The notes: generated by a model from the sequence alone, not told the origin. Shown: positions 38,040-49,389, numbered from the whole stretch's first letter. The stretch: 61,996 nt of DNA, filler included, from Dugesia japonica (GCA_001938525.1; 6 parts of 6 records of this genome joined end to end with filler, not necessarily neighbours in it), one strand, 5' to 3'. Numbers and translations are program-made.

Positions 38040-38279
38040 TTATATGCTCTTGTTGGAAATCTTTCCAACTTTGGCTTGTTCAAATTGTATAGTAGATGGA
38101 CAGATAACAACATTTTCGTCTGTCTTTTCGATTTTTTGGGCTGCTTTTATCAATTTTTCTATGCTTCAAAACTTGCCAGGTTTTTTGGATCCGTCTATAT
38201 TGTCTTCATTTTTATCTCCAATACAACAATCTGATGCAAACTTCAAGTCAAAATTAGGTAATGATTGCAATCCACCCAT
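38040..38279 (-). pseudogene. Small protein with N-myristoylation motif upstream of the penton (one premature stop)
   Basis: MGGLQSLPNFDLKFASDCCIG...KF*SIEK...NKSI*, 80 codons. Confidence 0.5.
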
Positions 38280-38785
38280 TGTTCATTATTTATTGTAATT
38301 TTTAAATATGAATATTTTAAGTATTAAAAATATGAAAATAATGGAAGAACAATTTGTAAACGAAGTTTGATTTTTTATTAATTTTATAAATAAATTTAAT
38401 TTAGGAATGCTTATAGACATAATGGAGAAACGAAGGAGGCTTGATGAAGAAAAAATCCCATGCTTCCGGACTGTATTGTCAATGAGTTCATGGAAGCTGG
38501 ATTTTGTGAACCTGATTAGATCGGGTGCGCAGAGTTTAACCTCTATGCCACCACGCAGAACCATCTGGATGATTTTAATTGATATAATGCCTATTTTTGT
38601 TATCTTAAAAAAAATAAATGTATTATTCTTAAGTCTTTGTTTTTTATTTATTTAGTTTTATTTATTAGGGTTTATTTATTTATTTAGATTTTTTTATTTA
38701 GTTTTTAAACAAAAATAAAGTTAACAAGATTTTCTTTCATAAAAATTTATTTCAATAAAAAAAAATAACATCAAGTAAACCAATT

Positions 38786-39180
38786 TTAAATCGTCTTTGC
38801 AATATTTTTAAGTTTCCAAATGACTACTACTGAATTAATGGACTTCTTAAAACCTTTTATTTCCACTTGAATTATATTTTGACTATCGTATTCATATTGG
38901 TTCTCGTCCTTTTCTTTAAAATCTATATAAATTACCTCATTGACCTCAATTTGTCTGCTTAATCTTGCAAACATGGCTTCCAGTACATTTCTATCCTTCT
39001 TATGAATTCCAGATAGAAGCAAACTAAATTTGGGTTTTTTTTTCTAAAATAATAAGTTATAATGAAATTAAAAAAATTACTTTGTAGTCATAGATAATTG
39101 GGGTCTTCAAAAAGAACAACTTGTAATTATGGAAATCTGTAATTTTACCACGTTCCACAGTTATTATTGATACGTTTTCT
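38786..39180 (-). CDS. Spliced accessory ORF of the Maverick-like element (start codon unclear)
   Basis: A 37-nt GT-AG intron at 39044-39080 joins ENVSIITVERG...YDYK in frame to KKKPKFSLLLSGIHKK... Confidence 0.45.
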
Positions 39181-39381
39181 TTATAGAGTTAATTTTCTTG
39201 CGTTTTTGTGTTGTAAAAGTGATTAATGTTATGTAAAACTTTGATTTTATACTAGTTGCGATACATATATACTCGTTATTTATGAGTTCATATTGATAAT
39301 TATTTACTATAATTGATATGATTGGCTATTGGGTTTATATAAATAGGACTGTTTGTTTTAAAAAACTTCACTTTTTACAAA

Positions 39382-39860
39382 ATGAATACATGTGAAATTT
39401 TGTTTTTAGAAAACACTGTCCAAGTAGATTACGAGCTTGAAAATGACATTAACCATGAAGAAATAGAAAATATAATGGAAGCTAATGAGAAAGTAAAAAT
39501 CAATATTAATGACGAAATAAATGAAGAAACAACTATTGAAGATGACAAAGATGGAAGATACATGTCAAGATAATGGTAACGATAGTGGTTATTTTGAAAT
39601 TGAAGTAAAAAATTATGAAAATTATTATCTTAAAAGTTTAATTTATTATTATTTAATTTAATTATTTTTTAGAATTAGCGTAGGAGATATTACATGACGA
39701 TTTCCCAGAATTAATTCATGAATATATGCTGTTGATTATGATTGAATATTTTGAGCATTTATTTCAGAAAAAAGCAATAGATATGTTTCAAGTTATGGAC
39801 AATTTCATCATAGAACTTCATGCAGGTTTCCATTTCAATGAAAACAAGAACCATTAGGAA
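39382..39860 (+). pseudogene. Acidic accessory gene with probable intron 39605-39672
   Basis: ATTGG and TATATAAA upstream, ATG at 39382, E/D-rich, disrupted frames, AATAAA downstream. Confidence 0.4.
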
Positions 39861-40045
39861 GTCTTAAAAGAAAAATTTTTGAAGAAGACTGAATATCATA
39901 AAAATTTTTTAATTAATAAATGTTTTATTGGATAATTGTTTTCTTTTTTTTAAAAGTAAATAAATACAATTTTTTTATAATACTAAGTAAACAAAAACAA
40001 AATAATATTTTAAATAAATTAATTTATGATAACTAATTTCATTAA

Positions 40046-40573
40046 CATACATTTTGAACGGTGACCTCTTATTACACGGTTGATATGTAAAGAATATACT
40101 CATAAAACATATAATACATCATGAAAATATGACGTCATAACCACTCGACAGAAACATTTAAAATAATGTTATAAAATCTGATAATTAATTCTTTTTCTAC
40201 ACATACTAACCTCCACCGCATGAAAATGTTTTTAAACACTCTTATACTACTTACAAAATGAAACAATCAAATTCAAGCATTTAAAATAGAAAATCAAAGC
40301 ACATTCAACAATCACCATCTTTCCCATTACATTACCTTTCCAACAACTTATTAACCAACAAATTCCATCAACCACTTACAAACCTACAGCTTCCCTAAAA
40401 ACAACCCACGATAACTGGGTGTGCCACTACATTTGTAGCGAAAACCATCCATCCAAACTTATAAGTCTCTAAGACAATATATAGCGCAAAACTTTGTCCA
40501 ACCACAACCAAATCTTTAAAACTACAAAGAAATTATTACCAAGATCTCCAGCTCCTCCTTCTCCTCGTTTTAT
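40046..40573. repeat. Right arm of long inverted repeat
   Basis: 40129-40573 pairs with 32037-32486; 40046-40130 pairs with ~33860-34007. Confidence 0.9.
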
Positions 40574-41176
40574 TCACTCTTACAAACATACAAGCTCAAC
40601 TTGACCTACTTTTTAAAAACCACACAAACCAAACACACAAAAAATTTAAAAATACACACACACTTTCAGGATAAAAAAACTGATCCGATAAAAAAAAATT
40701 GATCCGATTAAAAAGTTTTTGAATCCAAAAATCTTACAAAAAAAACGATCACAAAATCATGTAAAAAAACGCAAGTCAAGCGTAATATGTTTATGAGCCT
40801 CTCTCCCGGAGGAGGAGAGACGATAACTCATTAAAAAAATTGCTGCCCAAATTAAATTGTTCCCGTGTGCCACTATCTACCTACTGCCTGAAATATGGTT
40901 AAACAGACAATACCTGGAGTAATGGAGTAGTCTGTCACATGGTTAGACAAAGAAGCTATACTTATCAAGAAATGTAGGATGAGTATCGGGATAGTCAACA
41001 CAGGTAGACTCAAGCGAGTTACTATCGAAATCTTTATCAACTTTAGAACGGAGAAATGGACGCTGGTGTTACAAAGGGTTCTATGATTACTGTGGTGTCC
41101 AACGGATTGTTAATTTACTCAGGTGTACAGTCAGACATAGGAATTTTTCGCTTGTTGTGGGTATACATGAGATTTT

Positions 41177-41276
41177 NNNNNNNNNNNNNNNNNNNNNNNN
41201 NNNNNNNNNNNNNNNNNNNNTTAATTAATTAANNNNNNNNNNNNNNNNNNNNNNNNNNNNNNNNNNNNNNNNNNNN
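41177..41276. other. Artificial contig spacer
   Basis: N run + TTAATTAATTAA (41221-41232) + N run. Confidence 0.95.
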
Positions 41277-43251
41277 TTTAGTTATTTGCAATTTATTATC
41301 AAAATGGAAATTATTATTAATTAACCCCTTTACTTCATTTTAATTCTTTTTAATAACCGATGCAGAATATTTTTGAATAAAATTTTTTATGCCTCATTAT
41401 ACTTTTACAAAAGAAAAGACAAATAAGATACATGCTTACCATCGATTTGGCATACAAATGAGGTCTGCTAAAAAGGTTTCCCATAAATCACCGCATTTTA
41501 GGTGCCTTATTTTTGTCTTTTTCGTTTGTTTTCTCGGGACTTACTCAACAGATCTTATTTTGCTTGAGATCAGTACCTTCTGAATACACTCTTCATGTTT
41601 TCCAACGAACCTCTTGTTTGCATTTATTTTCCCACCAACCACCTACCTTATTTGTAACATCAATCCCTTCAGGAAGTTGACTGATCATGTTCACATGCTT
41701 GTTTTCGTCTTTTAGCTTTAGTTAAAAATTAAAATTTTTTAGCATCATGCACAAACAAACACCACTAGGATTTTAATGCATTAATTTTAGAAGCTATATG
41801 CAAAATCCTAATTTATGAAATTTTTTAAAATTTGTAGAATAATATTAAGCATCACGCAAAAACAAACATAATCACTAGGTTTTGAATATATTAATTGAAA
41901 ATTTTAATAAGAATAATATAAAAATCACAATTTTAAAATTTGTTGAATAATATTGAGCATCACACACAAACATACACCACTGGGCTATTCATATAATTAA
42001 AATTTAACAAATAAGTTATGAACAAGTTTCTTAAAAGTAAATATAATCACTTTTTATAAAACTGGCAATTATCATGCCAGTTGGACCAAGTATTTTTAAT
42101 TATACTTGGCAGTTAGATTGCCCAAAATGAGCAAAGGTTATTCTACTTTCTCACACAATGGTAATGAGTTCACGTCAATATCGATTCTGAGAGTAAAACT
42201 TAAACCATTCGTTAATATAATGAAACAACATTATTTTAAGAAATTGATTCAAATTAATTTATCGTAAAAGGCATAATAACTGTTCTAATGCCTAGAAAGA
42301 CCCAAATTGTGTGCATACATAATGAAGGCTATTGAGGGCTAATTCGAAAAAGCGAAATTATCATTTTAACAAGTTTTAGCAGTTTTCAAAAAATTGTGAA
42401 ATGTATACCCTACCACCATAATCATGGAAAATTACAGATGAATCATGCAATAAAGTTAATTCAATTGTAACTATAAAAAATTAATATCGCTGTAAAAATA
42501 AAGCTGGTTTTAATATAATTTAAAAGCCAGGTCAGTGCTGTCCACCACAATATTACCGCATTGTTTTAGTGTCTATTATGAGAAAACTAATAGATATTAA
42601 TGAAATTTAAAGCTAGCGAAAAGTTAATTCTATTTGAAAATTAATTTAGTTTATTAAGATCTTTTATGTCGATGTGAAAATGATTAGAAAATGTTTATCA
42701 TTGCCACGTTATCTGCAACCATTTTTAATCGATCCTCTATTATTATTTAGCCACATTTTCATTTGATCGTCACAAATATTGCATAATGGTGTTCACATTA
42801 GTTTTTCGTTTTCAATTAGAAATTTTACTAACTTTTCTCTATCTTCGACTAAATTTATTATTTTCTAAAAAAAAATTAATTATAATTGGATTTCAATGAT
42901 ATCAATAAGAAATTCAATAATTCAATTATATTATTTATCTATTAATTACATTAACTTTACTCAATTCTCACTAATTTTGCGGGTCAATAATTGGAAGGCA
43001 TAATATAATTATATCCCGAAATATTACGAAAATATTACTTTAGCTAAATTACTATGTGGTAACATTTTCAATCATAAATGGATTGCATAGCTCCATAAAT
43101 TTAACCAGATGAATCGTTTGTAAAAAATTATCAGTGAATATAATAATATATACATATATAATAAAAACATTAAAAATTCCTTCTCAACTAAATACTTTAT
43201 TTCTTCTAATAAACGATAATAAATCAGTAATTATTCAGAAATATTATTCGA

Positions 43252-43711
43252 TCAACATTTCTTAGCTTTGCAACAATCAGATTCTAAAATAAAATTTCAA
43301 ATGATAACTAAATTATTAAGTAAAATAACTTACTTCCAAGATTTTTTTCAATTTCAAGGTTACTTGGTTTATCATCTCCGCAGGAGATATCTTCTACACT
43401 TCGGCAACATAAAATGAAATTAATTATCATTCAAAATATTAATAAGATCTGTACCATTTTGTCCTTTAGAACATGATTCATCTTAATTATAATTTTAATG
43501 GCGAATCGTATATAATGATATTATTTCTCACTTAATTTATTGCACGACTTTAATTTANGACATTCTGGTGAACATTGAGTACATTTGCATTGACCTTCCG
43601 GACAAACACATCCAGAACCATCCAAACATCCTTTACATTTAAAATCTAGATCAAATCATAAATTGATATGAAAAAAAAGAAAAATTTTTAAAACTAACTT
43701 TTGTTTTCCAT
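43252..43711 (-). CDS. Five-exon Cys-rich metallothionein-like protein, 81 aa, 14 Cys
   Basis: Exons 43711-43699, 43645-43532, 43481-43455, 43393-43334, 43283-43252; four phase-1 GT-AG introns (53, 50, 61, 50 nt). Product MENKNFKCKGCLDGSGCVCPEGQCKCTQCSPECXKLKSCNKLNESCSKGQNEDISCGDDKPSNLEIEKNLGKSDCCKAKKC; AATAAA about 50 nt after the stop. Confidence 0.75.
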
Positions 43712-43792
43712 TAAAATAATGACACTTCGAAAAGTATTTTTTNNNNNNNNNNNNNNNNNNNNNNNNNNNNNNNNNNNNNNNNNNNNNNNNNN

Positions 43793-44160
43793 TCCGCAGG
43801 AGATATCTTCTACACTTCGGCAACATAAAATGAAATTAATTATCATTCAAAATATTAATAAGATCTGTACCATTTTGTCCTTTAGAACATGATTCATCTT
43901 AATTATAATTTTAATGGCGAATCGTATATAATGATATTATTTCTCACTTAATTTATTGCACGACTTTAATTTANNNNNNNNNNNNNNNNNNNNNNNNNNN
44001 NNNNNNNNNNNNNNNNNNNNNNNNNNNNNNNNNNNNNNNNNNNNNNNNNNNNNNNNNNNNNNNNNNNNNNNNNNNNNNNNNNNNNTGAAAAAAAAGAAAA
44101 ATTTTTAAAACTAACTTTTGTTTTCCATTAAAATAATGACACTTCGAAAAGTATTTTTTA
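43793..44160. repeat. Apparently identical partial duplicate of 43377-43742 across gaps (likely assembly artefact)
   Basis: 43793-43973 matches 43377-43557; 44086-44160 matches ~43669-43742. Confidence 0.8.
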
Positions 44161-44829
44161 TTGATTAATTCATAACATAGCAACAGAGAAGATACATATA
44201 TTGTTTCTCGTGTTACATGAAATGCCGAACTGAATATTTTTAAAGTAGAATGTAGGTCATGTAGTTTAATTCAATAAGATATTTTCATACTTAAATTGGT
44301 TTTATCAATATTTAATGAAAATATAATGTGATACTCTCAACGCGGTTTTATTTAATTTGTTACAAAAATTATGACATCCTCATAACATGGTATTCCTTTA
44401 TATTTTAAAGTTTAATCAGATTAATTGTCTTTTTATACCATAAATGTTTCTATCACTCTTTAAGTAGAAAAAAGAAATAATTCTTTTATTTATTTTGCAC
44501 ATAGATCTGAAATGTTTAACTTCAGTTATTAGTTAAACAAGAAAACGATCCCGCATTACTGTTTTTTGAATTATAATGCTTATAAATAGGTGGTACAATT
44601 AGCTTGACAATATTATGGGATTTCTTTACTCGAATAGTTTTGTTTTTCCAATTACTTTCCAAAATTACCCTTCTCGACGACATTGGAATGAACCATTTGT
44701 TTTCTATGACTTTGTTAAAGTGCTTTTTTAAGTGTGGATTTTTAAAATAACTTCTAAAAGATTAGTTCAATTCAACTTATCCATGATTTCATAATTTCAA
44801 CGTAATTTCCTTTTTATACTTCAAAGATG

Positions 44830-45380
44830 AAGAGACAAAATGTGTTAAGTACATATTTTTCGAAAAAAATAGGAAAGAAACATTGATCAAAGATACCAGG
44901 TCGTCCAAATTAGAGGCAAATGAAGATTAATCAACTTTGGAGGAACGCGTATCAGAGATTTTCAGTAATCAAACTATCAATTTACCGATCTGTTGGAATT
45001 CGGAACAAGCAAACCAGTTTCAAATTAAATATGACGGATTATTTGTCGGTAATCAAAAATTGAGATGTGCATATTATAAAAAAATAGAGTGAAATTTAAT
45101 ATCTAATAAATGGAAATAATGTAAAGTTTAGAAATCGACGGAAAACAAAACAGAGGGAGAAAATAAGTGAAAATTTTGCTTGCAAAGTACATAAGGTAGC
45201 TGTTGAATGCCAAAACGTTTTTGAAAAAAAACCTTCCCAGCATAGAAAAAATTAATAGTGATTACGGCATAGTGAGAAAACCTCCAGTTGTTAGATACTG
45301 AATGCGAAATAGAACTTGAAGTAAAAAACGGTTTGAATATTGAAATTGGACTAAATTTTAGACATAGTGCAAGCAGGCTA
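44830..45380 (+). mobile_element. KIAA1586-like hAT transposase remnant, interrupted at 45380 and resuming at ~49050
   Basis: ICWNSEQANQFQIKYDGLFVGNQKLRC...ELEVKNGLNIEIGL..HSASRL | ISKEIRK. Confidence 0.6.
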
Positions 45381-46197
45381 GGGATGCAGACGTAATTTCC
45401 CCCTGGAAATAATTTTAATGATTTGACATATGGTTTTCATGAAATTTAAGGGAATTATGAAGATTTTGTGAATTTTAATGGATAAATGTGATTTTCAACA
45501 ATTTTTAGTGGTTTTATGGGGATTTTGTTAATTTTCAGAGATTTGTGGGTATTTAACGAAAATTCAGGGTTAGTGGGAGTTTTAATGAAATTTAAGGAAT
45601 CATGGAGATTTTTATATGATTTATTGGTATTTTTCGGTAATTTTATTGAAATTGTGAGGTCTTTCTAGAATTTTTAGGGTATTATGGGTCTTCATGAAAT
45701 TTAAAGATTCATATAGATTTCATGAAATTTTTAGGGGTTTATGGGGTTTCAAAAAATTGTTGGGGCGAAACACCCGCTAAACGAGAACAAACTGAAAATT
45801 AAATCCAAGGATGATAATATCAGGACCGTATAATTACTAGTAACAGAATGTAAAGTATGGGATCAACATGGAAAGAAAAACGAAATTAAATCAAATATAA
45901 ATGGGAAATGTAAAGTAACTTACGTTTGGAAATTAAAAAAAATAAAGAAGTAATAAGAAACAACAAAGAAAAGCAGTATGGAAAATAATTAATTAGCGAA
46001 AGAAATTAATTAATTTTAAAATAAAAAAGAAACGAAATTAGTGAAAAACCTGTTTTATCAAGATAACTTCGGTCGGAGAAGGCGGAAAGAATCGGGACAA
46101 GAAAAAATAAAGGGAGAATAGTACGACGCAACTTAAATTACAAAAAAGAAAAACGTATCACCTTCCAGAAGGGTACCACAAGCCTTCCAAGATCCGG

Positions 46198-46397
46198 CCA
46201 ATAGGAAGCCTGAAAATAAAAATAAAACAAAAAATAAAAACTCACATGATAGTCCAAAAATAACGGTCAATGGAATTGCAGAAAAGTCGGCGAAACTCCA
46301 GAAAAGTGGTACCAACGCCAATAGAATCGTGCGAGTTTGAATTAAAAATATCGGGCCAATAATAATCAAGTTGGGGTGCCTCAGAAACCCTATAAAA
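46198..46397 (+). promoter_or_regulatory. Pol II promoter, four CCAAT-type boxes plus TATA
   Basis: CCAAT at 46198, TCAAT at 46267, CCAAT at 46318 and 46356, TATAAAA at 46391. Confidence 0.65.
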
Positions 46398-46901
46398 AGG
46401 ACCTCTGTCTAAGCAGAAAAATAAATATAATTTCTTAAAAAAACCCAACTGCTAACTGGTTATTAAATTGTGGATCCAATCTCAACTGACAATTCAAAGG
46501 TATTCATTAAGATAGTACTAAGTCGTTAAATAAACCGTATTTATAAAGGCAGAATTCGTTATCAGAGGAAAAAATTTGAAATTTAGTAGGAAAAAATTTT
46601 TAGTCTACGAGGACAATCAGCGCTATCAGTTATTAACCTGTTGCAGAAATTCCGTGAATCAATTATAAAAGTAAAAGATTCTTTTTTGTTATGTTGATAA
46701 TTAGTAAAATTTTATGTATAACCTATTATAATAGTTGTAATAGTTGAAATAATAGTTGCAATTAGCAAAACTAATTGCTTTAGCGATATCTGTGTAGTTA
46801 AGGGCAGCATGAAAATAGATATTATGGTTTTGCTTTTGCTCCCTCTTTTCTGTCTTCATGCAATATAATCTAAATTTATTAACTCTATTTTGTTCCTAGG
46901 T

Positions 46902-47168
46902 ATGGATTCTATCTGGATACGCGTCGTTGATAGGAGAACCCGTAGATTAGTACTACGCCGTTATCACAACCCGGATAATCGGGATGCTGGTATCTTGACA
47001 GACCGGTCAAACTTACCACCGATCGAATCAATCGTGGGCCGCATTACTGATTTCGGAGAACGACAGCGCTACCAGGCCTGGACAGGTCCGGATCGTACCA
47101 TCGCGACCCCATTTTCCTATCAACCTGCCACTCCCCCCGGCTCCGGCGATACAAGCATTCATCGCTAA
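46902..47168 (+). CDS. Cassette 1: hypothetical Arg/Pro-rich protein
   Basis: Acceptor ttcctag ends at 46899, ATG at 46902, AATAAA near 47274. Confidence 0.5.
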   Translation: MDSIWIRVVDRRTRRLVLRRYHNPDNRDAGILTDRSNLPPIESIVGRITDFGERQRYQAWTGPDRTIATPFSYQPATPPGSGDTSIHR

Positions 47169-47573
47169 CCTCCTCTGGGGAGTCCGGGATCCGAACGGGA
47201 TAACAGATATCGAAAACACTGCCCCTAACACCGACACTACTATTAATCAACCCTAATTTGTTGTTTATTTAGAAATAAATAGGTGTGTTAGCTTCGACTA
47301 TTTTTAACTGTTCTTGTGAATCAACGTACTAAGTAAATAATTCAATAATGATTTCTAATAAAAATTTCCTTGTAAAATTAAAATACTACTTATAACTAAA
47401 GAGTTCTTCTCGATTTTTATTTAATACAATGGGTAACCATATCTGTTCATTGCTTCTGGTATTAGCCCATGTTGAGTCAAGTGTAATGCTTTAACTGTGC
47501 TTTTATTTCAGTGCATTCGTCCTTAAATAGATCCCAGGCACCAAATAAGAAATTACGTGAGGATAGTGAGGAT

Positions 47574-47870
47574 ATGGCACTCACCTGGGATCTTTATAGA
47601 TTAGCCAAAAGAAGGTGGGAGGCAGAGACTGCCGTGGCAGAAGCCAAGGTAAAACGCTATAAGCGGAAATGCCTAAACTATAAAACAGAGATGGATGCCA
47701 CCCAGAATCAAGAGAGGGTGTGGAAATCGCAAGTTGAAACCTTCGCCACGATGATTAAGTCGTAACAAGAGCGTGAGAACCATCTCGTCGAGAATATAGC
47801 GAAGTTACTTGCTACGATTTCACTAGCCCCACTCTTGATTGACAAGGGCACTCAGACGTCTCGCTCCTGA
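47574..47870 (+). pseudogene. Cassette 2: coiled-coil protein with C-terminal DKGTQT (premature TAA at 47763)
   Basis: Acceptor tatttcag ends at 47511, ATG at 47574, frame continues to TGA at 47868, AATAAA near 47900. Confidence 0.5.
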
Positions 47871-48033
47871 GTTACTCTATCGTATATGTAGTTGCTAATA
47901 ATAAAATATTTTTGTTGTATCGTTTCTAATTCGTTACTTTAACGCTTAATTTGTTTGGTGACGATTTAACTATGCTTTTCATTCAGAGCCACGAATTACT
48001 TTTCCCAGCAGTATCAGGAGGTGCCATGGAATC

Positions 48034-48369
48034 ATGCGCCACTTGTTGATCGATCGACACCTAAAACGTAAAACCGATAGGGCACTTATGAAGCACCTCG
48101 ACCAACGGGATCAACTGATAAAAAAATTAGATCTCATCGTAAAAAAACAGAACGACCTTGCGATTCAAACCAAAGCTCTGGAAGCCGAGAATAAACAATT
48201 GTTGTTAAGAAAAATTGAATTCTTAAAACAATACATTGCTGATCTGTCCCGCAGAATAGTACACCTGTCGGTAACTCAATGGGATGACGATGACGACATC
48301 GCAGTCTTTAATTTCGTGGTGACAGACGGAGACCAATGGTTAGATCCTGAAGCACTGGACTTAATTTAA
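48034..48369 (+). CDS. Cassette 3: coiled-coil protein with acidic/aromatic tail
   Basis: Acceptor ttcattcag ends at 47987, ATG at 48034, 111 aa, AATAAA at 48379. Confidence 0.55.
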   Translation: MRHLLIDRHLKRKTDRALMKHLDQRDQLIKKLDLIVKKQNDLAIQTKALEAENKQLLLRKIEFLKQYIADLSRRIVHLSVTQWDDDDDIAVFNFVVTDGDQWLDPEALDLI

Positions 48370-49389
48370 ATTTTTTTTAATAAAATGTCTCTATTACCAA
48401 GTGTATTTTCCGTCTTTCAATAGAAAAACAAATGAGGGAAAAATCATTGAACCCGAAAATAAAGGTTTGTCGGTGCGTACCTTCCATTAAGTGTAAGGTC
48501 AACCGCCGCAAACTGAGAACCTACCACAAGGACGGTAGGGTAAATTATTGAAAGGGTTTCCCTGAGGGCTGTTTTTCTAAAATTATCATAAATAAAATAT
48601 TTTAAAAAAAGGAAAACCGATATTTTTAAAAAAATATATTTTATTTAAATGTCTCAGATTATTTTTTTGAATACTGTGGATTGTTCTTCATCATTTTTCA
48701 TTTTAATAAAAGACTTGTAATAACCAATAAACAATTTATGGAGACTTGTGAGATTTTGAATTTAACTAATAATAATTATTTCTTTACTTTACATCNGTAA
48801 TATTATTATAATTATTATTAAACATTTAAAGTGGAATATTTTTAGGAAACCATTGAAAATAATAGAAAATTAAGTAAAAGTACTATAAAACCCTGTAAAA
48901 CACATTAAAATATCATATAGAATACCGTTATAAAATCTTTATAAAATTCTTCATTTCGAGGGGAAATTATTTCCAAGAGGAAATTAATTCCAAGGGGTAA
49001 TTATTTCCGAGGGGAAATTATATCCAGGGAAAATTATTGCACCAACCCGTATTTCTAAGGAAATAAGAAAAATAATAGAAGTTTTGAAAGTAATGAAACT
49101 GCACTAAATTGAGTGTTAAAGAAATATTTATTAATTTAATTGAAATAAGCTAGTATTTTGCAAGATGATTTTCATTGGAGTTGTTTGAAGATTGATAATG
49201 AGTTTTATTAAAAAACTTAATTTTATAAAATTTTACGAATCGGAGCTTGTAAACTTCTTGAAACTGAAAACTAGAGAGTTTGTTTGTAACTATTGAAATT
49301 TATTTAAATGTTTAATCACTAGGGCATTCTTTTTTAACCTTCTAAAATGAAAAATGTGACTTTTTGACCAATATATCGACTTAATAATG

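Larger units (their letters stand above)
30477..40885 (-). mobile_element. Decayed Maverick/Polinton-like (adintovirus-like) endogenous element
   Basis: Capsid module at 34850-37813, long inverted repeats, shared tandem repeats, terminus-like ...CTACCTACT at 40885; left end not defined. Confidence 0.8.
45758..48590 (+). mobile_element. Long LTR-like unit carrying a promoter and three small ORF cassettes (3' end not found)
   Basis: Starts TGTTGGGGCGAAACACC, shared with 61927 (TGTTGGGGTGAAACACC); sits inside another element. Confidence 0.55.
45381..49049. mobile_element. Foldback-like non-autonomous DNA element with subterminal repeats, host to an LTR-like insertion
   Basis: taatttccccctggaaataatt at 45394 is inverted relative to tandem gggaaattatttcc units at 48958-49040; TA flanks both ends; tandem gggttttcatgaaattt-like units at 45430-45750. 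Confidence 0.55.

Noticed and set aside
40886-41176. GC-richer segment beyond the Maverick-like terminus
   Set aside because: Probably a TE fragment, but no motif could be assigned
41550-41645. Possible minus-strand exon (VVGGKINANKRF...)
   Set aside because: Short, with no in-phase neighbouring exons or recognisable homology
43793-44160. Second tandem metallothionein-like gene copy
   Set aside because: Appears identical including introns and is bounded by N gaps, so most likely an assembly overlap
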